In this document: positions 46,613 through 57,693 of the stretch, piece after piece
Position numbering within the stretch: position 1 is the stretch's first letter
Layout: the number at the start of each line of letters is the position of its first letter
Assembly: GCF_009914755.1 (NCBI RefSeq)
Contig: NC_060929.1
From: the human T2T-CHM13v2.0 reference genome, Homo sapiens
DNA: 64,000 bases
Reading direction: 5' to 3' (one strand)
Notes under the pieces: generated by a model
The model's database searches: none
Told to the model about the DNA's origin: nothing
What the model saw: only the letters and a program-made list of their open reading frames with translations
Position numbers and translations under genes: made by a program

Positions 46613-46737
46613 CGTCTCCTCTGTGGCTTAATATCAATTGGCATGTTGATCGCGTATGGTGATCCATGAACATAAGCGCTTCGGAATCTAGCCACCTTCC
46701 CCAGAGTCAGGTACTCACAGCTGCTTGGCAAACTCAT
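46613..46737 (-). CDS. PDE4D: candidate alternative first coding exon of a long-form cAMP phosphodiesterase 4 (probably PDE4D): MSLPSSCEYLTLGKVARFRSAYVHGSPYAINMPIDIKPQRR(R)
   Basis: ATG with -3 A and an in-frame TGA 42 nt upstream; 41 codons plus CG, then donor CG|gtaact (phase 2); CpG retention; repeat-free surroundings. Peptide resembles recalled vertebrate PDE4 isoform N-termini ending ...PIDI..RRR-FDV(D/E)NG; gene identity not verified by search. Confidence 0.72.
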
Positions 46738-47943
46738 TATATCCAAAAGGCAAGAAGTAAAAGCAAATCTGAGTAGTCAGACCAGCATTCCTGGGAAGGC
46801 TGGAAAGAACATGTCAGATAATAGATTTCAGACATATGCTGCTCACTGGTTGCCCGGTGCTTCTTTGCTTCAAAAGTAAACGCGTGTTTCTCGGAGGCTA
46901 AATGTACTACCTTGTTTTCTGTTCATTCTGTTCATGGATACAAGAAGCTTTTTGCTTATTTCTAACCAGGCTCATGCTCTGACCAATTATTGGCTGAGTA
47001 GATAAAGCAGAAATTCTGTAGCTCCACAAAAGCCTATTTCCACTCAGACCAAATCTCTGAGTAGGCAGCAAGGTTTTATCCATTTTTGTCTAACGTTGAA
47101 AAGAACATCAACCTAATGTAATAGTAGTTTGGTAATCAGAGTTATTTACCTGTAAACAAAGCATGCATATCTGATAGGAAGGAAATAATTATTTGCTATA
47201 TTTTCGAAGAGGGAATATTGTTCACTAAACTGTTATAGATACTTAGAAAATGAGATGGGTATATGGAAATGTTATGGGCGGTTTTCCAATTCTCTGGTAA
47301 AAAAATTGTGGGTTCTTATTCATAAATTACTATTCATGATAGAACTGAACTTAGCCTCTCAGGAACATAAAAACGGTAAGCAATGTCTTTATTCACTAAA
47401 ACGTTGATGATGATACACATTTTTTTTCCTCGTTTAAAACACTCTTTGAGAAATGCACCTTCTACCTGCACTTTGAACGAAGATCTATGGAATCATTGAT
47501 AGTGAATGTTACTAATTCTTTGTAAGCTGTTTTTTCATAACAGTGAAAAATAAGTTGGAGAAATTAGAAAGGATATTAAATAATTCTACTGAAGGCAGCA
47601 GGGTCTTAGAGAAATGCTGTATCTTTATCCCACAGTTTTTCTAGCCTTTATGCCATTTGCTAGAGTTATAGCAACAAAACCACAAGTGTTCAGGGTAATG
47701 AGAGTAGCAGGTGTTCAGAGTATTCTGTGAGATAATTTTTATTTTGAAAAATTATTTCTTATCCAGGATTTGAATAGACACGCCAGTTTATTTAAGCATC
47801 CTGGGACCTGGGTAAACATACAGTGTGCTGAAAAAGGGCTACATTTTATTCTTCAGTAGCCAAATTCAGACACTGTTTGGGTTTAAACAGCAGACACTGT
47901 TCAAATCCAGAAATTTTAAGTTTGAAAGAGTAGATAATTTTCC

Positions 47944-48305
47944 TTTTTTTTAAATCTTGTATTTTAGGTTTGGGGGTAGATGTGAAGGTTTGTTACATAG
48001 GTAAACTTGTGCCATGGGGGTTTGTTGTACAGATTATTTCATCATCCAGATATTAAACCCAGTACCCAATAGTTACCTTTTCTGCTTCTCTCCCTCCTCC
48101 CACCTTCACCCTCAAGTAGACCCCAGGGTCTGTGTCCTTCCTTGTGTTCATGAGTTCTCATCATTTATCTCCCACTTGTAAGTGAGATCATGTGGCATTT
48201 GGTTTTCTGTTCTTGTGTTAGTTCGCTAAGGATAATAGCCTCCAGTTCCATCCATGTCCCTGCAAAAGACACGCTCTCATTCTTTTTTATGGCTGCATAG
48301 TATTT
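47944..48305 (-). mobile_element. older L1PA (L1PA13-16-like) 3' end
   Basis: ggtttgttacataggtaaacttgtgccatgggggtttgttgtacagattatttcatc...tttttatggctgcatagtatt. Confidence 0.9.
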
Positions 48306-48406
48306 ACCATTTCTATTCAATAATTTTCTTTCTTATATTTTAGGTTTCAATTACAAAATTATACATGCTATTTTTTTAACATGCCAAATGACACAGAAAT
48401 GTGAAG

Positions 48407-48477
48407 ATAAAAAAGATTGCTGTCTTTTCCCTTCCTTGGTAGGATTAATGGGAGGGAAAAGACAGCAAACTTTTTAT
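48407..48477. repeat. long hairpin / inverted repeat
   Basis: ttgctgtcttttccct (48417-48432) is the exact reverse complement of agggaaaagacagcaa (48453-48468); pairing extends on both sides. Confidence 0.9.
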
Positions 48478-50332
48478 TTATACAAATATAAATATACCAC
48501 ACACAATACACAAACCCTCACACATGTATAGGGATTCTCCTTCCTTTTTGAATAAAGTGGGCTCATACTATGTATAATCCTTTATTAATATTATTATTAA
48601 GTCAATCATGAAAAAATTATTTTTGTGAATGCACAGAGACCTAGTGAGTTCTTTTCAATAGTTATATAAGATTCCATGGCATAAATGTACCATTATTTAT
48701 TCAATGAGTCCTTTATTGACGGACATATAATTTTGGACTCATATAAACAATAAACACATTTGCTAATATATTCTTACTGATTGGTGCTTGTATTTCTGAA
48801 AATGGATTGCTAGCTTACAAATTGTGAACATTTTTCCCTTTAATAGGCTATGGCAGTTCATATTCCCACAGTCATGTTGGAAGATGTCAACTCCTCCACA
48901 CTCCTGCCAAGACTATCCATTGTTATTCAAGTTTATTTCTTTATAGTATGAAAATAAGGTAGGCAGCTCTCTGAAATATCCAGTGATTGCATACAGTTCC
49001 TTGATGAAATAAAACTACTATTAAGGTGTCGCAAAAGTAAGAACAGCCTTTCTGAACTGAAATATATATTGGGACATAAATAAACAGCTTAGAAAGGCTT
49101 TGCACAGGTGTACAAAAGGCAGAAGTCTGGAGTCTCATCAGAATGAGAGAACACTCAATGCAAAGTTAGTAAATAGTAAATAATTTTTATTAATTTGCAT
49201 AATTATGAAGAGAATAAATATAGCAAAAATTCTGTTATGTTTTTACTCTTCAGTATATTTTTCTTAATGGGAATAATATTTCATAATTTGGGAGAAACAT
49301 CACTAATTTTACAATATGGATGTAATGCCTAATGACTGCCAACTAATTGTGATGTATGACTGGGGTGTAATTTGTAGATTTTGCATAAAGAGGCTCTTTG
49401 GACATACTCCTTCATTTGAGAGTCTGAAGAACAAAAGCTCAATGAAGCATTTTCACATGCCAGCTAATTTAGGAGATTGCCCAGTAGAAGAGAATAAGAT
49501 TTGCTTCACATAAGAATTTCCTAGGAGGGGTAACAATCAGAAATTGAAGAATAAGATATAAACCTCTATGGTAGAGACCTATGTGTCCTATGATGGGTAA
49601 AATTCCAGAGTTTTCTTAGCAGGGGCATTTTTGCTTGTACCCAGGTAATTATTTACCAAAAGCCTGGCAGGGGCTCCTGGGGATTACCTGTACTTAAATT
49701 TGGATGAGAGAGGATTACTGTTAAACTCCAGCCTGCCAAGAATTCAGAGTCTGTGAGAACTCTGGCCAACTAGCAGGAGGTGGCCCTTAAGGGAAGAAAA
49801 TGGAATCTTTCTATCGTCAACAATTCCCTTTCTCTGGGGCTGGAGAGAGGTAGTTGGGGACTTGATCTTTAGGAAAATAAGAACACATTGGAGAGTTTAA
49901 TTTCATCTAAAGATTAGAGCTACCATCCATACCAGGCCTACCTCCAAATAAGGCTCAAATCTTATTAAGGAATGGCCATGATTACCCATCTATGTTTTGT
50001 TTGTTTTTGCATACTGGGATTTCTATGGAAGACAGGTATAGAGTCTAGCAAAAATCTCACTTATCATCCCCATGATTCTATGCTCTTGAGAACATTAAAA
50101 GAAAAGGAGAACTCACATGAAAGCATCTGGAACATCAATTTTCATCACTATGCTAGACGTTGCAACGTTAATAATGCCCTGCACAGCAATTAAAAGTAAT
50201 TGCCAGCAAGCAGCAATTTCAATCCATAGGACTTTTCTTCTAATAACTGGAATAATACATATTAATTAAGGTTCTTTCAGCCTTTAACTCTACCCTGGCC
50301 TACGTTTAGCAATTTTAAATGCTGGAGGAACT

Positions 50333-50623
50333 TCTTTAGGATGTTCCTAAAGAAGTCTCATCTTTAGGATGTTCCTAAAGAAGTCTCATCTTTAGGATGT
50401 TCCTAAAGAAGTCTCATCTTTAGGATGTTCCTAAAGAAGTCTCATCTTTAGGATGTTCCTAAAGAAGTCTCATCTTTAGGATGTTCCTAAAGAAGTCTCA
50501 TCTTTAGGATGTTCCTAAAGAAGTCTCATCTTTAGGATGTTCCTAAAGAAGTCTCATCTTTAGGATGTTCCTAAAGAAGTCTCATCTTTAGGATGTTCCT
50601 AAAGAAGTCTCATCTTTAGGATG
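50333..50623. repeat. 28-bp minisatellite (VNTR), 10 identical units plus 11 nt
   Basis: unit tctttaggatgttcctaaagaagtctca recurs at 50333, 50361 ... 50585, with a partial unit at 50613. Confidence 0.98.
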
Positions 50624-51159
50624 AGGTTATCATCTGTTAATGACCACATCAGAGCATAAGAATTGACTGAACGATTTCCCCTGGCTTATGGCTTGGAAGA
50701 CTCCTTCCCTCCCCAACCCTCGTGTTTTCTGCTCATACCTGGACTGGAGACCCACAAAAATTGGGGTTTGCATCTGCTCTCAATTCTTGGAGTTGTTCTT
50801 GATTTTGATCTCTACACTTACTGGTCAATGCATCCAATGAATTGGCTTTAAATATTCTTTATGTGCTGAAAAACTCCCACCTCTTTATTCAGAGTTCACA
50901 TTTTTCTGCTGTTACCATCAGCTGCACATGAGAAAATTCCACTTGTAAGTTCCATAGCTAGTTCATTTGAGCATTTATAATGTAATTCAAATCAACTGTG
51001 TTCCTCCCCTCCTCCACTCCCTCTCCCCACATTTCTTCTTATATTCCCTAGTACTGGCCACCATTCAGCCAATAACCAGACAATAACTGCTAATCAGGTC
51101 ACAAACCCTAGAGACATGAATACTATTGATAGTAACAATAATATTAATAGTCAATAGAT

Positions 51160-51370
51160 AATAGCTAACACTGATCAGATGCATTCAATGTGCTAGGCAC
51201 TGTGGTTGGCAGGTTGACTAATTCTCATAAAATATGAGTTGGGCCCTATTATTATACTCATTTTTCAGATGAGAAAAACAAGACACTGAGGGATAAGATA
51301 TATACCCAAGGTCACATAGAGTGTTAAGTGGTGGAGTCAGAGTTAGGAACCAATTCATCTGATTCCAGAG
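51160..51370 (-). mobile_element. MIR
   Basis: atagctaacact...tgtgctaggcactgtg...tattattatactcatttttcagatgagaaaa...cccaaggtcacatag. Confidence 0.8.
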
Positions 51371-54109
51371 ACCAGACTATATCTTCTACCTCTCTACACA
51401 TTCTTTAATCTCTCTCAATTATCTTTCCCCCTATGTTTTGCCTAGAGTTAATATTTCCATTTTTTCCTCCTCAAATCTATCCTTCACTTACCTACCAAGA
51501 TTATCTTAAAATGGAAATCTTAGCAAACTCATGCAAGGACATGAACATGTGAGTCCTTTGCTTGAAATTATCCAATAGTTCCACATTATTTAGTAATGAA
51601 GTTCAAAATTTAAATTCCAATACTCAGCACAGAGATGCTCTATTGTTTTGCTCTCCCTTCCTCTCCTGTATCAGCCACAAATAACACTTGGTAGTGTCTT
51701 TCCTGTACACAGTCTGTTCTTCTGGCCCACTGGGGCTTCCCAAATGATAGGTACTCTGGCAAGAACATTTTTCTCTTTCTTCTCTGGCTGGCTAATTCCT
51801 TTTAAGCGTAATCTCTTCCAAAAAACATTCTTCATTCCTCAGTTTTACTTAGAAGCCTCTCATCTATTTTGCCAACTCACATGACTTTACCACACTGTTT
51901 CATAGCTGTTCATGCATTTACAACTCTTCCCCATGACTTTTCTTGAGGGCAGGAATTCTGCCTTCTTTGACCTTGTAATCCAGGAACCTAAAACAACATT
52001 TGCTTATTGAACAAGATAGCTGAAATTGTAAGGTCCTGATGCTCCAAAGAACTGTCCAAGTCTTTCCTGAACTCCCTTCTCAGTTACTTTCCCAAGAATA
52101 ATAATTATAAATATTTGACAACTGAAATACATTGGAAGTAGTGGAGCTATTCATCATATGCAATCAAACAGAAATACTTTGCAAAGAGTGCCCAAAGGAA
52201 CATGAGAGCAACATCTTTTCTCAGGAAGCAAGGGATGAATGTGGATTTTAATTAGAGGTGTTGGAGATGTGCCTGCCTGGGCTATCAGTTTCAGTTCAGT
52301 AAAGAAAAGTTATCCAAATACTTGAATAAGCTCAGTATAATGCCATTATTTAATCAAGCTCTGTGTTTTGAGAGTGTACTGGCAAATTCAAAATTAATTA
52401 AACACTCTTCTATTAAGGGTCAGCTACTTATGTTCATACATTAGCTTTTCTTGTTAATCTACTCTTAAACACTGCATATATTACACTTTGCAGTCTTACA
52501 CACAATGGCTACAGTCAGAAGGAAATAACAGTGCAAATGAAGATTTAACTATCATGAAGGTCATCACAGTGTCTTACAAAATAATAAAAAGATGTAAATA
52601 TCTTTAATGCCCAACTACTTAAAATAAGGAATAGCCAATCAATGTGAATATCATGAATCCATTAAAATAATGATATTGAAAAACTTCCTTGGTATTTATC
52701 TAAATGAGTTGAAAGCTTACATCCAAACAAAAGTCTTCATCAACTGAAACAAACATACTATTCTAGTAAAAGATGTTAACATTCAGATGGATAAGTAGTT
52801 TCTCAGAAATTTTATTAGCATGACCTAATCTCTCAGATTGTAAAAACTGTTGAGACTGAATTGTATGTCTTCTTCGAAGTTAAAGAACATAAAATCCCAT
52901 AAATCAGCTAGTCAGCAGGCCCACTTAATTTTATAACAAGGATAACTTTTGATCAAATCAATCAACTGTTTTGTTTTTATAAGCAGGTAAGTTTGAGATG
53001 AATGAAGCATAAGGTCTCATCTTTTTAAAAATGCTTTATTCTCCAGCTAATGGAGCCTCTTTGAGAGCGGTTTCTCTCAAAATATTATTTTACTATTAAC
53101 TGTCATTGCCTCCAAAACCCAACAGAAACCCGTTGGTCACATAAAGGCAAGTTTATTAAACCTACTTAAGTAAAGGAGAAAACCACATGGACGGATACCT
53201 TAGAAGAGGAAGTTAGTGAATCAGGTATCTAAGTAAGTTTTGTTTGTTCTGCTTTGTTAAATACAAGGACAGTAAATTAGGCCTGGTCCAAGTGCCATTT
53301 AACAGGTACCGGAAATTATGTTGGTTTCAATTCTCCCATCCAACAAAAGCCCTTAGCTACTGGTAATCTTATCTCAACAAACCTATTATATATCCAAAGT
53401 TTAGGCTGAGCTAAAGCAGCAACAAAACCAACTGAATAAAATGATGCTCATTCATTGAAATTTCAGGTAGGCCCACACAATTCATATTTCCAAGCTCTTT
53501 ATAAGCTGTTTGAATGTTAAATGGAGTGGCATTTTGCTTTAGAATGTATAGAAATGGAAACAAGTGAGTTTAATATACACAACAGGCTTTGACAACATGA
53601 CTTCTTCGACAGATGTCCTATACTACTTCCCACACTTTCATCCTTAAAAAGCATAGTCTACTTGCCAAGATACAAACGGTTGCCAATATTCAGCTGCAAA
53701 AGAATTTCCAACAGTAGGAACCAGTGGAAAGAATTAAAACACTTTAAACTTATTTCCAAATAACCAAATGTATCATTATAAAGTTGTAAGATAAAAAATA
53801 ATCATGCTGCAAGTTCTTACTCTGTCAACTAGCTAGTTCAGCAAAGAGGAGGGGTCTTTGGCAAACAAGGCTCTATATTTGGTTGCCAGATGACTTTTTT
53901 AAATCTATCAATTCATTTTTCTACCCCAACCAGCCAGCCAGCATTAATTGAGCATGTACTATGTATACACACAAGAAGTAGATGGCATAACTCCTATCTA
54001 GGAAAAAAAAAAAGCATACAATTCATTTGATGTGCAATTCATGCATCAAGACAGGACTGATTTCAATTGACAATATTATGAGATAGAAATAAAAGTGGTA
54101 CAGCATCAG

Positions 54110-54526
54110 CGTATTAGTCTGTTCTCATGCTGCTATGAAGAAATGCCTGAGACTGGGTAATTTATAAAGAAAAGAGGTTTAATTGACTCACAGTTTTGCA
54201 TGGCTGGGGAAGCCTCAGGAAACTTACAATCATGGCAGAAGGCACCTCTTCACAGGGTGGCAGGAGAGAGAATGAGTGCCAGCAGGGGAAACACTAGAAG
54301 CTTATAAAACCAGCAGATCTCATGAGAAACTCACTATCACGACAGCTGCATGGGGGAAACTGCTCCTATGATTCAGTTACCTCCCACCGGGTCCCTCCCA
54401 CAACACATGGGGATTGTTGGCTGAACTATAAAATTGGAACTATAGGAATTATAGAAATGAACTATAATTCAATGGGAACTAGGATTCAAGATGAGATATG
54501 GGTGGGTACACAGCCAAATCATATCA
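54110..54526 (-). mobile_element. THE1 (THE1C/D-like) solo LTR
   Basis: gtattagtctgttctcatgctgctatgaagaaatgcctgagactggg...cacagccaaatcatatca. Confidence 0.93.
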
Positions 54527-55373
54527 GTGATTCTGTTGGAAACCTTGTGGCTGGCTAACATCACATCAAGCTTAATTCAGCTTGCACCATCATTTACTGC
54601 TTTTTATTGTATTTTTAATGTTCTCTGTCCTAGAGTGAATTCTGAACCACAAGATAGGAAGATATATGACTTGTCTTTAAATTCACCACAGTGCCCTGTA
54701 CACTGTTCTATATATATTGCTACAGTGCCTAGTATGTGTCTCTGAAAATAGTAGATGCAAGGTAAATATTTATTACTAAAAAGATGTGCAAGCATATTTT
54801 ACGTTTGTCGAGTTTTTAAACTAGGGGACTTTACTCTTCAGTTTGTCTGAATAGTATACAGCTATTGCCCTGGAATGATGATTAAATAGTGCCTCCTTTT
54901 ACTTTTGCAATATTATTGCTTGGATTATAAATTATCTGGTTATCTTCTGGCTCTGGAACTGCACACTTACAATGTTGCCTCAACCACTTCTGAATGCATC
55001 TCAGAGGCAAAGACTGAGGCTTACTCATTATTGCTTCTCCAAATCTATTTCTGTACTCCACCTCTTCTAGGGTCTGCATCAATGATCCAAGGAAAAAAAA
55101 ACAAATAATAGAGAAACTCATAATAAACTAAATCAGATTGAATACATCTAGAAAAGAAACAAAAGTGATCCACATGGAGATAAATTAGGCAGGCAAATAT
55201 TGACCTGAATGTTCTCCTAAATGTAAATGATACAAAAGTTGTCTCCTTGTATTTAAATCCATACAGCAGTGAAATATCATTGTCATTGTCAAATATCTCT
55301 AGATCCCTGAGTTTATTCAGCATAATTTCAAAGTTATTTGCTTGCAGGGAGAGATCAAGAATGAATATGTTGG

Positions 55374-55674
55374 GGCTGGGTGCAGTGGCTCACATCTGTA
55401 ATCCCAGCACTTTGGGAAGCCGACGTGGGTGGATTACTTGAGGTCAGGAATTCGAGACCAGCTTGACCACCATGGTGAAACCTCGTCTCTACCAAAAATA
55501 CAAAAATTAGCTGTGCATGGTGGCACACACCTGTAATCCCAGCTACCTCGGAGGCTGAGGCAGGAGAATTGCTTGAACCCTGGGAGCCAGAGGTTGCAGT
55601 GAGTGAAGATCGTGCCACTGCACTCCAACCTGGGTGACAGAGCAAGACTCTGTCAAAAAAAAAAAAAAAAAAAA
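55374..55674 (+). mobile_element. Alu (AluSx-like)
   Basis: full dimer, poly-A; degenerate TSD aagaatgaatatgttgg / aagaatggggatgttgg. Confidence 0.95.
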
Positions 55675-55799
55675 GAATGGGGATGTTGGTTTCAGAGCCA
55701 AGTGACTTTGGGTCACAATGCTGCGCTGCCATAAATGGCTTCGGTAACCCTGGGGAAGAAATAACACCTTTCTGGTATCAGTTTCCATGACACTTAGGC

Positions 55800-56010
55800 C
55801 TTATTCACTCATTCAACAAATATTTATCAAGTTACTATTCTAGGCTCTGGGTACCCAGTAGCAAATAGAACACATGCAAATATTCCTGCCTTTATGGAGC
55901 TGACATTCCAGTAGAGATAGGTAAATGGACATAGTAAGTAAAATATATAAGAGAAATGATAACTGATACAGAGGAAAATACAGCAGGGAAGGAGCCCAAG
56001 GAGTTCAGGG
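55800..56010 (-). mobile_element. L2 3' end
   Basis: attcactcattcaacaaatatttat...ctattctaggctctggg...tcctgcctttatggagctgacattccagt. Confidence 0.8.
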
Positions 56011-56793
56011 ATGGGGTGAGAAGAGGGACTGCTTTGCTGCCATGGAGCCCTTGGGGTTGGGATATAGGGGACATAGGATGACTGAGAGGCTGGTCTTCCT
56101 GTGATGACTGACTCAAAAAGGGATAAAAGGGTAGAAAACACTCTGTAGAGGTAAGCAGCTAGGTGCAGGCATGGGCAGTGGTTGGTACACTGCTTGTTAA
56201 ATAAATTAGGAAGTGAGTGAATGAATGAATACCTTCAATAGATATTAGCTGCCATCCTAAGATGTAGCAAATCTGTCACCTGAGAAAATAATCCAATGAA
56301 GCTAACGTCACCTAGAGCTTAACCATTAAGATTCTGTAAGTTTCTAAACTGAAACATCTCTCTTAATTAATGAAAGAGATTCATTTTTTCGGTCATGATT
56401 CATTCCTTTCTTGATAGACTATTGCTACGTTATCACTAGATAATTTAATATATGCAATTGTGATTTAGCAGTCACTTAAAGTTTTCATATTAAATTTGAT
56501 GAATTAATCCCAAATCTAGGTAACATAGAATGTAAAGGCAATAATGGAAAACATAAAGTGGTGACAAATTAAGAGTAAATTAGTTACAAGTAGCCTAAGA
56601 CCTTACTAACTACCTTAATTATTTAGCAACAGAAACCGGTGCTAACATTTTAAACACCTTTACTTATTCCCATCCAAAAAATAATCAGTTACAAATGCAT
56701 AGAATAGTCACTACTGATAACAATTACAACTAATATCTATTGAACATTTACTTGGTGCCATCAAGCACTATTCTAAGAATTTTTCATGTAACA

Positions 56794-57084
56794 CTGGTCG
56801 CGGTGGCTCACACCTATAATCCCAGCACTTGGGGAGGCTGAGGCGGGCAGATCATCTGAGGTTGGGAGTTCAAGACCATCCTGACCAACATGGGGAAACC
56901 CCATCTCTACTGAAAATACAAAATTAGCTGTGCATAGTGGTGTATGCCTCTAATGCCAGCTATTCAGGAGGCTGAGGCAGGAGAATTGCTTGAACCTGGG
57001 AGGCGGAGGTTGTGGTGAGCCGAGGTTGCACCACTGCACTCCAGCCTGGGCAACAAATGCGAAACTCCATCTTGAAAAAAAAAA
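56794..57084 (+). mobile_element. Alu (AluSp-like) inserted in a MIR
   Basis: gggagttcaagaccatcctgaccaacatggggaaacccc; TSD ttttcatgtaaca. Confidence 0.93.
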
Positions 57085-57395
57085 TTTTCATGTAACAGAT
57101 CCTCATAGTTAAAAGGTTCATTAGAAGCCATGGGAAATTCAGTCTTCCCCTAATGCATGAACAGCCTTGAAGGAAAAACAAATATCTGGTTCTGGCATGA
57201 GGAGCCCTGCTTCATGGTATGCTTATCTTTGAGCAGATTTAAATGCTTATCTTTGAGCAGATTTAAATATCGAAAATTTAAATATTGAAAAGTTTGAAGA
57301 TTTAAATATTGAAAAGTTCTTTGTATCAAACTAAATTTCACCTTTCTAAAAGTGCTATTCTTTGATCATAGTCATTCAAAAACAAGCCTGAGTCT

Positions 57396-57693
57396 TATTT
57401 ATTTATTTAGAAGCAGGGTCTCACTCTGTCACCCAGGCAGAAGTGCAGTAGTGTGATCTCGGCTCATTGCAGCCTCCACAGCCTGGGCTCCAGCAATCCT
57501 CCCAGCTCAGCCTCCTGAGTAGCTGGAATTACAGGTATGGGCCACTGCACAAGCTAATTTTTTAAAAATTTTTAGGAGAGACAGTGATTCACCATGTTGC
57601 CCAGGCTGGTCCTGAACTCCTGGACTCCAGCGATACACCTGCCTTGGCCTCCCAAAGTGCTGCGATTACAGGCGTGAGCCACTGCACCTGGCC
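57396..57693 (-). mobile_element. Alu, AluJ-like
   Basis: (ATTT)n tail then reverse Alu; near-TSD cctgagtctt / cctgaatctt. Confidence 0.93.

Noticed and set aside
50344-50354. STAT/BCL6 site in each VNTR unit (ttcctaaagaa)
   Set aside because: Spacing is TTC-N5-GAA; canonical GAS sites are N3 (N4 for STAT6), so it is not supportable from sequence alone
50333-50623. CRISPR-like array (28-bp palindromic repeats)
   Set aside because: Units are head-to-tail with no unique spacers, there are no cas genes, and the context is primate DNA; it is a minisatellite
55355-55788. ORFs of 60-140 aa overlapping Alus (also at 2856, 17498, 22652, 25272, 26459, 34951, 60651)
   Set aside because: They translate Alu consensus sequence (e.g. 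WSAVARS, GLELLAS) and are typical spurious ORFs
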